From positions 746-64,745 of the forward strand of contig JAFTII010000031.1 in assembly GCA_017457005.1 (NCBI GenBank): DNA of 64,000 bases, read 5' to 3'. Positions 9,872 to 19,434 of the stretch are shown piece by piece. Below the pieces are notes generated by a model, which was not told the DNA's origin, did no database searches, and saw nothing but the letters and a program-made list of their open reading frames with translations. The stretch is from Alphaproteobacteria bacterium. GTDB taxonomy: Bacteria; Pseudomonadota; Alphaproteobacteria; RF32; CAG-239. Numbering within the stretch: position 1 is the first letter of the stretch; the number at the start of each line of letters is the position of its first letter. The position numbers were made by a program, and so were the translations under genes.

Positions 9872-10377
9872 GGCAATACTCCTTCAAGTGTCGGGGCTTG
9901 TAAACCCTCTACCTTGTCTTTAACGTTTTCTACATTTTCTTTAACATCTTCTACTTTGTCTTTAAAATCATCTACTTTATCTTTAATCTCTTGCCCTTTA
10001 TCTTTAACTTGATCCATAGAGCTTTTAACCGATGTCTTGAGCATATTTATTCTAGCCTGTTCCCTCTTTATAGTCTCCTCAAGTCTGGCTTTTAATCTTT
10101 TACGATGTTCGTCCATCTCTGCCTTACGCTCTTTGAAAGCTTGTAGTTTTTGTTTTATTTTGGCGCCTTTATTACCATCTCCTAATTTACCGACTTTGTT
10201 ACTGACAAATTGTTGAGCTTTTGTGGTGAATTGTTCATATTTTTCAGTAACATTTTTTAAGATGCCATTTGCGGTATCCAAAACGTTAACAATCCAATCC
10301 GTAGAGGCATAACAATTTTTGCCGCTGAACATCAGCAACATCGCTACTGCAACAAATATGGCCCCTTTCTTTAACAT
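9868..10377 (-). CDS. Secreted 169-aa coiled-coil protein carrying the same DKVEDVK heptad repeat as the 927-aa neighbour
   Basis: Signal peptide MLKKGAIFVAVAMLLMFSG. Contains repeats KDKVDDFKDKVEDVKENVENVKDKVE, encoded by 21-nt DNA tandem repeats. Confidence 0.5.
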   Translation of the reverse strand: MLKKGAIFVAVAMLLMFSGKNCYASTDWIVNVLDTANGILKNVTEKYEQFTTKAQQFVSNKVGKLGDGNKGAKIKQKLQAFKERKAEMDEHRKRLKARLEETIKREQARINMLKTSVKSSMDQVKDKGQEIKDKVDDFKDKVEDVKENVENVKDKVEGLQAPTLEGVLP

Positions 10378-10390
10378 TTATAGTCTCCGG

Positions 10391-13117
10391 TTAGATGTTA
10401 ACATTTTTCCGATTATTAATATCCGTAGAATAAAAATTATGTATTTCGGATATGTTAATCATACTTGATAATATCTCTATCAAACGTATAGAGTTTTTAG
10501 CTGTTTGAGCAGACAATTTAATTAATTCACTTTGAAGTTTATTGATATCAGATCCTTCCGCACCTTCAGATGATGCGGGGCTTCCGCTTGCGCCACCGAA
10601 TTTTGCAGTCAAAACATCTTTTTGAACATCCTCAAAGTCTCCGGCTTCAGATTTTAACTTAAATGCGGTTTCTAAGTAATGTTTATTAATTTCATGCAAA
10701 ATTTGATCTCTTACCAAAACAAAGCCATCTTCCTCTTTTAAATTTGCAAGATAGTTTTTACATTCTTCCAATTTTGCAGAATCTTGAGCTGTTTCACTGT
10801 CTAATCCGCAAACCAAAGCCATTGTCGGAGGAATAATAAAAGTATCATCCGATGATGTTCCGTTATCTTTACCTCTATTGCCGGAAATTTTAATTTTTTT
10901 CAGTTCTTCTTCGCTATAATTTCTAAAAACAAAATTTTGATAATTAAAAATATTTGTCATTGCCAACTGCGAACTATATATTTTCAGTAATGAATTTATT
11001 TGCATATCTATACCTTTAGCTAATTCTACAATATTAGCATAGGCATCACTTTTGTGGGAATCAGCCGCATACAAAACCGGTTCAACATGTTTTTCTTCAA
11101 AAGCATCAGCATCATTTATAAGTTTGAACGCATCTGCAATAACTGCCGCGGCATAACGTGCCAAAACATCCATATAGAATTTCGGCGCTTCCGAAATTGA
11201 ATCGGTTTGCGCTTTTAGTCGCTCCTCATTATATTTAACTAAACATGCATTTATGACACCTTTTTCCAGAGCATCATTTGAGCTAATATTTCCACAAGAC
11301 ATTCCCATATTTTGAGGGATAATAAACGTACCATTTACGTCTGTACCGCCATCAGGAAGGCTTAGCGCCATCGCAAAAGCCATATTATCTTGATGATGTA
11401 TATTTGCGGCAATTGTTATACTATCTTTTTCCAACATGGACTTTTGAAAAGGTTTTAACGATTGTTTCTTATCGTCAATGACCCCTTGCATTGTTTTAAT
11501 TGAAGAAAGTGTCTCATCTTTCATCGGAATTTCAGCACTGACATCTAAGTCTTTATCTATTGTTAGGACCTTTGGCGCTTCTTCTGTTGTTTCTGTGGTA
11601 TCTTCAGCTTCTGTTTCTTCAGAAGCTGAAGCTTCTTCCGTCTCACTATCCGGAGTTTGGAACGGACTACGCAAACCTGTGCTACCTTCTTCAACATCTG
11701 CCGGAAGAGGGACAGAAAAACCTAACTCGTCATCCGAGGTCTCATCTTCCGTGTCTTCTATTTCTTCTTCTGATTTGATATCTTCCGGTATTACAAGCTC
11801 ATTCGTTATTGGCGGTAATACTCCTAAGTTTGCATTTGGCATATTTAAAGTATTCATCGGAGCATTGCCATAAGGCATCGGTGTGTTTATGCTTCCGGTG
11901 GTAGAATTTCTAAACCCTCTGCGACTAGTTGGCACTCTGTTATTGTTGGTTGTTCTTGGTTTGTTAAGTGTAGTACCGGATGTATTTGTTGAAGTTTGGG
12001 GAGTGATTGAAGATGATGTATCTTCTGTGACGGTACTTTCTTCCGTTTCTTCAGAAGTAGGATCTTCTCCTTTCGTTTCACTATCCGGAGTTTGGAACGG
12101 ACTGCGTAAACCTATAGTCTTTCCTTCAACATCTGTTGGAAGAGGAACAGAAAAACCTAACTCATCATCAGCTGTATCATCTTCATCATCAGTATCTTCA
12201 TCATCCGGAAGAGGTGTCTCATTTATTGGCGGCAACATTTCTTCCCCCTCAACAATAGGCAAGCCTAAAGTGTTTGTCGGAGTATCACCATAAGGTAATG
12301 GTGTGCTTATTTCTCCGCCGGAAGGAGTTATGAAACTATTGCGACTGGGGGTTATGGGCTTAGAGCTACCGCTTGAGCCTGAATTGCTAGGCATCATGGG
12401 CGGAGTTGCTTCGGAGGTTTCCGGCGAAACCTCAGGAACAGTCGTTTGTGGGGTGGGTTCTAATACAGGTTCTTCTTCCTCGCCTAAGGCTCCTTTTGCC
12501 ATATCGGCGTAATCTTCAACCTTATCCTTAATATCTTTTGCTTGCTCTATATAGCCTTCAGCTTGAGATTTAACATCTTCTACCTTGTCTTTGATATCTT
12601 CTACTTTGTCTTTTACGTCTTCTACTTTATCTTTGACATTTTGTACAGTTGATTTAGCCTGCTCCACATAGCCTTCAGCTTGAGATTTTATGTCTTCTAC
12701 CTTATTTTTGACATCTTCTACTTTGTCTTTGACCTCATCAACCTTATCTTTAACATCTTGTACTTTTTCTTCTATTTGACTTTTATATTTATCAAATTCT
12801 TTTTTGTAGTTTTCAGCTTTTTCTTTATAGTCATTAACTTTTTTAATTGCGGCGTCTATCTTTTTCTTATTCTCTACGACATATTCTTGCACTGTTGCTT
12901 TTGCGGTTCCAATTGCAGCAGAAGTTTTTTGCACGGTTTTCATCGCGTTGATTACTGTTTGAGACTGCTGAATTTGGGTAAACCATTGCTTGATGGTTTT
13001 AATAAAGCTCATTGAATCCAAGGCAGGCAATTGAGCATAAGCACCAGAAGGAAAACTAATACACATAAAACCAGCTAAAAACATTCCGATGATGTATGTT
13101 TTTGTTTTATTTTTCAT
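10391..13117 (-). CDS. Secreted repeat protein (about 908 aa) with four parts: coiled-coil heptad repeats, a duplicated acidic Pro-rich block, a Ser/Thr/Pro-rich linker and a duplicated Cys-containing C-terminal module; unknown function
   Basis: Start ATG at 13117 (MKNKTKTYIIGMFLAGFMCISFPSGAYAQ) after GGGAGGGTGAA. Repeats VEDVKDKVEDIK; duplicated DDELGFSVPLPxDVE...GLRSPFQTPDSET; C-terminal duplicated FIIPQNMGMSCG / FIIPPTMALVCG modules. No TM helices. Confidence 0.55.
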   Translation of the reverse strand: MKNKTKTYIIGMFLAGFMCISFPSGAYAQLPALDSMSFIKTIKQWFTQIQQSQTVINAMKTVQKTSAAIGTAKATVQEYVVENKKKIDAAIKKVNDYKEKAENYKKEFDKYKSQIEEKVQDVKDKVDEVKDKVEDVKNKVEDIKSQAEGYVEQAKSTVQNVKDKVEDVKDKVEDIKDKVEDVKSQAEGYIEQAKDIKDKVEDYADMAKGALGEEEEPVLEPTPQTTVPEVSPETSEATPPMMPSNSGSSGSSKPITPSRNSFITPSGGEISTPLPYGDTPTNTLGLPIVEGEEMLPPINETPLPDDEDTDDEDDTADDELGFSVPLPTDVEGKTIGLRSPFQTPDSETKGEDPTSEETEESTVTEDTSSSITPQTSTNTSGTTLNKPRTTNNNRVPTSRRGFRNSTTGSINTPMPYGNAPMNTLNMPNANLGVLPPITNELVIPEDIKSEEEIEDTEDETSDDELGFSVPLPADVEEGSTGLRSPFQTPDSETEEASASEETEAEDTTETTEEAPKVLTIDKDLDVSAEIPMKDETLSSIKTMQGVIDDKKQSLKPFQKSMLEKDSITIAANIHHQDNMAFAMALSLPDGGTDVNGTFIIPQNMGMSCGNISSNDALEKGVINACLVKYNEERLKAQTDSISEAPKFYMDVLARYAAAVIADAFKLINDADAFEEKHVEPVLYAADSHKSDAYANIVELAKGIDMQINSLLKIYSSQLAMTNIFNYQNFVFRNYSEEELKKIKISGNRGKDNGTSSDDTFIIPPTMALVCGLDSETAQDSAKLEECKNYLANLKEEDGFVLVRDQILHEINKHYLETAFKLKSEAGDFEDVQKDVLTAKFGGASGSPASSEGAEGSDINKLQSELIKLSAQTAKNSIRLIEILSSMINISEIHNFYSTDINNRKNVNI

Positions 13118-13192
13118 TTCACCCTCCCGCAAGACTTGATAGTTTAGTATATCATAGTCCACTATTTTAACCAAGAAAATAACTTCATTTTG

Positions 13193-15622
13193 CTAAATAT
13201 TTAAATATTTTGTAACAAAGTTATCTTCTCCATATTCTTTAATAAGTTCTTCAACCAGCAAAACATTTTTGCGGCCGGAATTATACAAGCGCAAATAAGG
13301 TCCTAAGCCGCTCAAATCCACATCAAGTATTACTGACTCTCCGGTTGCCGGACGAGATAATAAAATAGCATAAGGAAAATCACGATAACTTTTACCGAAA
13401 ATAAAATCTATTTCTGAGCCAGTTAAATTCCAGTTTTCGTAGTCTTCTACCGTTGCCTGAGGATTACGGAAAAAGATAACGGTTTGACATTGTCCGCGAA
13501 TAACTTCTCCAACGCCCAAACGGTCAATAATATTCGGCTGCTGGAATGCACACAAATATGCCTGACGTTTTTTACGACCTTCTTGCAAACCAATTACAAA
13601 ATAATCTCTAAACATCGGGTGCTTAAGCATTGGAGCCGTTTCATCAATCATGATAAGCGACGGAACACCGGTTTCTCCGGTTTCTGATTGGATACGGTGC
13701 ATAATATAGCTGATAACAGCAGGAGCTAACGTTTCATCCTCAAAAATATGAGTAAAATCAAATGCCATAAACCGTTTTGCTTTAAGGTCCAAACTATCAG
13801 TATCGCCGTTAAAAATTTTTCCGTATTGATCAGGATTAACCCACTTAAACAACTCCCTACGCATATTACCGGTAGGCGAAAAACAACTTTTATATAAGTT
13901 TGTCATCAGGCGTTCACTGGGACGTAAATAATCAAAAGCGGTTGTAACCGCACGAGCTATTTCTTTCTCAGAAATGGCGTCATCAACTAATGTGATAGCT
14001 CGCATCCATCTTCTTAAAAAAGCGCGGTTATTAGCATTATTTTCACAGTCAAACGGATTAAGCGAAACATTTTTTTCATCGCCCTCAAAACCAATGTATG
14101 CGCCCCCGATAGAACGAGTAAATATTTCTGCACCGCGGTGTCTGTCAAAGAAGAATACCTTTAAGTCATGATGGCGCATGGCCTGACCTGCCAAAAAGGT
14201 AAGCAACGTTGTCTTACCTTGACCGGTAGGACCGATAATACAACAGTGGGCAACAGCAGAATCATCGCCGGAAACATGGAACTGAAACCGGTATGCTGAT
14301 CCTGATGTTGTACGAAATACTGTAATAGCTCCCTTACCCCAGTCACTTTTAGCGAATCCTTCTGACGGTTTATCAAAACAAATTGCTGCTGCTACTACGC
14401 GGGACAAATAACGATAGGTCCGAGGCAGTACTTCATAAGTCGGAAACTGATTAAAAAACGTGGCTTGAGCAACCCAACCTTCTCTAACCGGGGTAACACC
14501 GAATAATCGGCAAATTCGTTGAACTTCACTTTCGGCAAATTCAATATCATCTTTGGTATCGCCTTGTAAAAGTATTGCCATTGCATATTCGGTCAGTGAT
14601 TGGTGATTGGCATCGCTATCTTCTATTGCTCCCAAAACTTCACTATATTGGTTGATTACATCTGAAGAAAAACTGGTCATTAAAGCCATACGTTGTTGTT
14701 GCATAAGCAACGCACGAGCTTGCGGCTTGAATATCGGACGAATATTGTGCAACAATACCAGCTCACTATCTATAGAGAGCAAGGAAGTTATCATGCTTTC
14801 ATCCATATAATCTCCGGATGAACGAATCCCCATTGCTGCCGCATATTTTTCCTTATCGCCGCTAAAAAAGCGGATAAGACCGTTTTCTCCGGTAAAATGA
14901 ATATGATCAGATGTCAAAAGCTCATTAAGATGATAGCCTTCCGCACTACCGATTTTTGGTTGAGGGCGGGTTATCGGACTACATATTTTTGCGTAAACAG
15001 AAAGAGGACCATCTTCTGCAGGACTTCCTTCAGCTTCAAAAAGTGTGGTTACACCATAATCATTAAGAGTGGCTATCAATGATTGAGAGGCATAATTTAA
15101 ATCTTTGAGATTATCATCTCTATCCACTACCGAAAGAACTATATAGTGAGAATTACTATATACACGGCTAAGATTAGAACTCCATGTATTGTCAATGTTC
15201 TCCAACAAAGCATTGTCAAAGTCTTTTTTATTTTCTTCCAGTGCCACACGTTCACGCAAAGTTATAATTCGGCAAGTTATTTGTAAGTCAGACATTCCGT
15301 CAATCCATGCTTTTCGGGCTTCCATCATGGATATAACTTTTTCATCAGTGACAAAGGCCAAATCAACTCCCGTTACTTTAAAAACACGCGCTAACGAACC
15401 GTTATAGCAACGGATAGTCATGCCATCGGACAACAACTTATTAAAAGGCAAAAAGTCCGAAACACGAGACTCTCTGGGATGTGGCAACACATAGTGCCCA
15501 AACTTGGTTGCCCAAAAACCGGCAAATGCCGCAGCAGAGACGAATCCTATTGCAGCAACAATAACTTCTAACGAACTTAAGCCTTGCACGAAAGTGCTAA
15601 AAAAATCAAAATCAGGGTGCAA
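13193..15622 (-). CDS. virB4: VirB4/TrbE/CagE-family T4SS ATPase
   Basis: 809 aa with N-terminal hydrophobic segments. Walker A GPTGQGKTT, DEAW-like box IMIDETAPML, and C-terminal RKKRQAYLCAFQQPNIIDRL (the RKxN...TQS..D motif). Overlaps virB3 by 11 nt. Confidence 0.85.
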   Translation of the reverse strand: MHPDFDFFSTFVQGLSSLEVIVAAIGFVSAAAFAGFWATKFGHYVLPHPRESRVSDFLPFNKLLSDGMTIRCYNGSLARVFKVTGVDLAFVTDEKVISMMEARKAWIDGMSDLQITCRIITLRERVALEENKKDFDNALLENIDNTWSSNLSRVYSNSHYIVLSVVDRDDNLKDLNYASQSLIATLNDYGVTTLFEAEGSPAEDGPLSVYAKICSPITRPQPKIGSAEGYHLNELLTSDHIHFTGENGLIRFFSGDKEKYAAAMGIRSSGDYMDESMITSLLSIDSELVLLHNIRPIFKPQARALLMQQQRMALMTSFSSDVINQYSEVLGAIEDSDANHQSLTEYAMAILLQGDTKDDIEFAESEVQRICRLFGVTPVREGWVAQATFFNQFPTYEVLPRTYRYLSRVVAAAICFDKPSEGFAKSDWGKGAITVFRTTSGSAYRFQFHVSGDDSAVAHCCIIGPTGQGKTTLLTFLAGQAMRHHDLKVFFFDRHRGAEIFTRSIGGAYIGFEGDEKNVSLNPFDCENNANNRAFLRRWMRAITLVDDAISEKEIARAVTTAFDYLRPSERLMTNLYKSCFSPTGNMRRELFKWVNPDQYGKIFNGDTDSLDLKAKRFMAFDFTHIFEDETLAPAVISYIMHRIQSETGETGVPSLIMIDETAPMLKHPMFRDYFVIGLQEGRKKRQAYLCAFQQPNIIDRLGVGEVIRGQCQTVIFFRNPQATVEDYENWNLTGSEIDFIFGKSYRDFPYAILLSRPATGESVILDVDLSGLGPYLRLYNSGRKNVLLVEELIKEYGEDNFVTKYLNI

Positions 15623-15902
15623 ATTTATTCCCCTTTTCTTTATATAGGTTATTAGATGTTTTGGCAGACTGACCGTAAGCCTGAATCATTGCGGAAACAT
15701 GAGGCTCTTTAGCCCCGATAGCTATGCAAACCAGATGCCCGATAACCAGTGAGCCCATAAACCACAGTGGGTTAGCATTAATTGTTCCGACACACATAAA
15801 CATTATCGGAAACTGGATACCCATATTAAGCAGAACCGGTAAAAACGGCCCCCACATAATTTTAGGCGGATTAGCTACGGCTTTGAGAATAATTTCACGC
15901 AT
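15612..15902 (-). CDS. virB3: VirB3/TrbD-like small membrane protein
   Basis: 96 aa with two hydrophobic helices, immediately upstream of and overlapping virB4. Size and position are typical of VirB3. Confidence 0.6.
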   Translation of the reverse strand: MREIILKAVANPPKIMWGPFLPVLLNMGIQFPIMFMCVGTINANPLWFMGSLVIGHLVCIAIGAKEPHVSAMIQAYGQSAKTSNNLYKEKGNKFAP

Positions 15903-16067
15903 GCTTACAATTCCGACACCAGAAGGTTAATACAACATTATGATACTATTATGTTTTTTTTATGCAACACCTACGATATTTTTATCCATCTGTTTTTGAT
16001 TGCGACAAAACACAAAAGTTTCTTGTTATATGATAGCTTTTTTTTATGAATAATGAGTTAATATTTC

Positions 16068-16100
16068 GGGTGCCGGAAATGATTTATCTTTCCGGCACCC
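16068..16100. promoter_or_regulatory. Perfect 12-bp GC-rich inverted repeat (GGGTGCCGGAAA n9 TTTCCGGCACCC) between the VirB2-fusion gene and virB3
   Basis: Seen directly in sequence. Not followed by a T-run on either strand, so it is not a canonical intrinsic terminator; possibly an RNA processing/attenuation element or a protein-binding site. Confidence 0.3.
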
Positions 16101-16121
16101 AAACAGCAAACCGCTTAGTGC

Positions 16122-18389
16122 TTAAAACAATACATTAACTAATCCGCCTAAAGTATTAAGCGCGTTATCAATTCCGTTCTTAATATTACCCATTGAATTG
16201 ATAGCTTTTTCAATACCGGCTTTGGTTTTGGTTGTTTCTTCACCATATTCGCCTTCAATGCCCCAAGTATTAGCTATCTGTTGATCTGCACTTGCTGTTC
16301 TATCCGCAATACCTTTAAGAGACTGCATTGCTTGATCTATATTAGAGCTAATCTGTCCTAATGAAGTCATCATAGCTTTGGGCTTGAGCGGATTTAAATT
16401 TTTGATTAATGACATAATGTTATTAACATTAGTAACAATACCTTCTCCAGCCGCCCCTATACCAACAGCGGTTTGTTTTACTGTGTTAATAGTATCTGTG
16501 GCATTTTTGATAACATTCATAATATCGTTTACGCAATCCATAATTTTACCACTCTTGCAGAAACCGCTTTTTTCATCAACCGGAACTTCTTCTTCCGGTA
16601 CTTCTTCTATATTAGGCAAGACTTCAGCCTTAGGCGGAGTTGGTTCATATATGGCGACAGGTTCAACGTATTCGTAATCGGCATCCGACAATACTTTTTT
16701 GATAGAATGTTTTTCCGTTTTATCGCCAAAAGAATCCAATGGTTTTGCAATAATTTCTTGCTTATCTTCAGCATTCGGATAAACCATATATTCTATCAGA
16801 CGTCCCATATTGGCGACCAAAAACAAACCGATAGAGATGTTAGCAAACCATTTCCAACTGATTTTATTAAAAACAGCAGCATAAGCAAACCCGACAAGAC
16901 CAAAGGCCGCCAGCAAATATGCTACAGGACGTAATCCGGCCAAAATTCTGGCTGCACGACGAGTAACAGAAGTAAAGACATCGTTATTTTTTGCATATAC
17001 AGTTTCATCAAGCTCTCCTTCTGATGCCATAAAATAATAGCCTTTTTCTTCATCGCTCAGCTTAGCAAATTCTGCGTCATACGCCTCTTTGGCAGCTTCA
17101 AGATCTTTATTAGCTTGATCAAGCCTATCTTTTAGTGTATCAGCCAAAGCGCAGAATTCTTCTCCGGTCATCATTGTGCCATCAGGGGTTCTATAGTATT
17201 TACTTTTATCCGCAGCTGCTTTACAGTTTGCAACAGCTTGGTCATACTGATTTTGCAGATTATTTACCTGAGAAGTCAGACTTTCATAATTACTTTTCTT
17301 TCCCTTCATATCTGCGGTCGGATTTTCCAGTAGAAAGGCATTTAGCTCTTCATCTGCCTTAAGTTTTTTGGCATAAGCTTCATCAGCTTTTGCTTTAAGC
17401 TCTGCTAATTTCTCTTTACTTTCTTCCATAGCAGCGCAAGCTTCTTTTTGTCCATGCGCACAAAGGAATGCAGCATCATAATAATCACTCTCGGTCTTTT
17501 GATAATCCTGCACAGCTTTGTTATAATCGTTATTTGCTTTGTCTGCGGCACTTTGTTTTTTTGCATATTCTTTAGCTATTTCTTCAGCACTTTTTTTTGG
17601 CTTATCAGAAGTTTCATCTTCATTAGAAGTGTCGGAATCTGAAGATCCTGATGATGTATCTTTAGGCTTTTCATCAGGATATTTGGAATAATAGTCATTT
17701 AGGCGATTTTGAGCCTCTTTGATATCATTTTCTGCCTTTGTCATTTTTTCTTTAGCATTTTCACACTTTTGCTTATCATAGCCACTACCGCTACATTTTT
17801 TAGCGATATTTTCTTTTGCTTTTTCCAAATCTTCTTGTGCGTTTTTTAAATCTTTTTCAGCATCTGCTTTAAAATCTTTAACATTATCAGCTGCCTTATT
17901 ATATGCTTTTTGCGCTTTATTTTTAGTGCTTTCTGCCTCTTTAAGAGCTTGTTTTAACTCATCTGTCTTATTGGCGGTCTCTAGATTTTTTCTTCCTGTT
18001 TCTGCAGCTTTATTTACCGCGTCAATCATAGCTTGCTTTTCTCCTTGAAGCTTAGCTAATTTTGCATGTTTCTCTGCACAACTTTCTTTACAGTTATCAA
18101 CTTCTTTTTGGGCATTTGCTATATCTTGATCATACTTCTGATTAGCCTTCGCCATTCCCTCTTGCTTAAATTTCTCAACCTGCTCATCTATGGCTTTTTC
18201 CACTTTATCCAAGGCCGCTTTTTTTTCATTATAATTTTGCTCTGCCTTGTCTAAGTCTGTTTTGGCAGAATTAAGTGCCGTTTCAACATCATCCATTGTC
18301 TCTTTTGCCGCCAAAGCACTTCCTGTAGGAACAGCAAGAAATACTAAAGCCAGTAATGTAATAAGGCTAAATGTTTTGATGTTTTTCAT
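16122..18389 (-). CDS. Fusion protein (about 755 aa): signal peptide, ~450-aa Lys/Glu-rich coiled coil, central VirB2-like two-helix pilin domain, ~220-aa C-terminal domain
   Basis: Start ATG at 18389 (MKNIKTFSLITLLALVFLAVPTGSALA) after AGGAGAA. Central segment LLAAFGLVGFAYAAVFNKISWKWFANISIGLFLVANMG matches the FGLVGVAFGAIFGKINWKWF motif of the two downstream VirB2-like genes. Confidence 0.5.
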   Translation of the reverse strand: MKNIKTFSLITLLALVFLAVPTGSALAAKETMDDVETALNSAKTDLDKAEQNYNEKKAALDKVEKAIDEQVEKFKQEGMAKANQKYDQDIANAQKEVDNCKESCAEKHAKLAKLQGEKQAMIDAVNKAAETGRKNLETANKTDELKQALKEAESTKNKAQKAYNKAADNVKDFKADAEKDLKNAQEDLEKAKENIAKKCSGSGYDKQKCENAKEKMTKAENDIKEAQNRLNDYYSKYPDEKPKDTSSGSSDSDTSNEDETSDKPKKSAEEIAKEYAKKQSAADKANNDYNKAVQDYQKTESDYYDAAFLCAHGQKEACAAMEESKEKLAELKAKADEAYAKKLKADEELNAFLLENPTADMKGKKSNYESLTSQVNNLQNQYDQAVANCKAAADKSKYYRTPDGTMMTGEEFCALADTLKDRLDQANKDLEAAKEAYDAEFAKLSDEEKGYYFMASEGELDETVYAKNNDVFTSVTRRAARILAGLRPVAYLLAAFGLVGFAYAAVFNKISWKWFANISIGLFLVANMGRLIEYMVYPNAEDKQEIIAKPLDSFGDKTEKHSIKKVLSDADYEYVEPVAIYEPTPPKAEVLPNIEEVPEEEVPVDEKSGFCKSGKIMDCVNDIMNVIKNATDTINTVKQTAVGIGAAGEGIVTNVNNIMSLIKNLNPLKPKAMMTSLGQISSNIDQAMQSLKGIADRTASADQQIANTWGIEGEYGEETTKTKAGIEKAINSMGNIKNGIDNALNTLGGLVNVLF

Positions 18390-18544
18390 CGCTGTTCTCC
18401 TGTAGTACAAGGCTCTATAAAATAGAGCATACGAATCCCTTTTGATTTATTATAACACATAAATTACTTATAAAGTGTTACAGTTTTTTGATTTTTTTGA
18501 AGGAATTTTCTAAAACTAAGGCAACTGAATTTATATTAGACTGC

Positions 18545-19306
18545 CTATTCTGCCGGTACTGCCGGTGTTTCTTGATCAACCGTAACACGCCTTGTTTCAC
18601 CCAGACCCGTTTCAAAAGTATCACCATAGAAAATTGTCGTTGTATCACCGGTAATATAAGTTACAATACCTCCGGCTGCCGCCAAAGCTGCCAACCCGAC
18701 AACAAGAGCTGCAAACCATTTCCAATTAATTTTGCCAAAGATAGCTCCAAAAGCCACACCAACAAGACCAAAACCGCCAACAATAAAGATAACAATCTTT
18801 AAATCTTTAAAAGTCTTAATTCCCTTATATAAAGCTAAGGTCAGAAGGGATGTTGTTGACTCTGCAAATGTTACAAAATTGGAACTGTCTGTATTCAGAG
18901 TATCTGTAATCATATTTTGGGTAAAGCCTTTGCAGCCGATAATCATATCAACAAGTTCTCCGGTACTGGCAATAACCACCAAAGAAATAACTATCGCTCC
19001 AAGCCACTTCCAGTTTAAGTTACCAAAGAATCCTCCGACAGCAACTCCGAGGATACCAAAGCCGGCAACAATATAGATTAAATCTCTAAGACCATTATAA
19101 ATTTTTATTCCGGTACCAACCAAACCCTCAAACAAGCCGCTTGAAGTGATACAACCGGTCATGGAAGTGTCTTGAGAGTTGCCTCCGGAATTTGTACCAC
19201 CGGATGCCGGTGGGGGAGTATCCTCAGCAAACACGGGGGCAACATAAGCACCAAAAGCAAAAGACAATGCGATAAGCATATATAGATATCTTAACCCTTT
19301 CATCAT
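18545..19306 (-). CDS. Tandem-duplicated VirB2/TrbC-like pilin (two pilin units in one polypeptide)
   Basis: Likely start MMKGLRY at 19306 after GGAGG. Signal peptide, then two repeats of the hydrophobic helix, K/N-x-NWKW(F/L) loop, hydrophobic helix pattern (GFGILGVAVGGFFGNLNWKWLGAIVISLVVIA and GGFGLVGVAFGAIFGKINWKWFAALVVGLAALA). Confidence 0.5.
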   Translation of the reverse strand: MMKGLRYLYMLIALSFAFGAYVAPVFAEDTPPPASGGTNSGGNSQDTSMTGCITSSGLFEGLVGTGIKIYNGLRDLIYIVAGFGILGVAVGGFFGNLNWKWLGAIVISLVVIASTGELVDMIIGCKGFTQNMITDTLNTDSSNFVTFAESTTSLLTLALYKGIKTFKDLKIVIFIVGGFGLVGVAFGAIFGKINWKWFAALVVGLAALAAAGGIVTYITGDTTTIFYGDTFETGLGETRRVTVDQETPAVPAE

Positions 19307-19434
19307 TGCCTCCGTATTATATGTTTGTGAAATTATGTTATTAAATTTCAACCAATTTTAATTGATTGAGGTTTAATAACACCAAATTAGAAAGTAATCC
19401 GGAGAGCCGGCAAGCTCTCCGGATCTTTATAATA

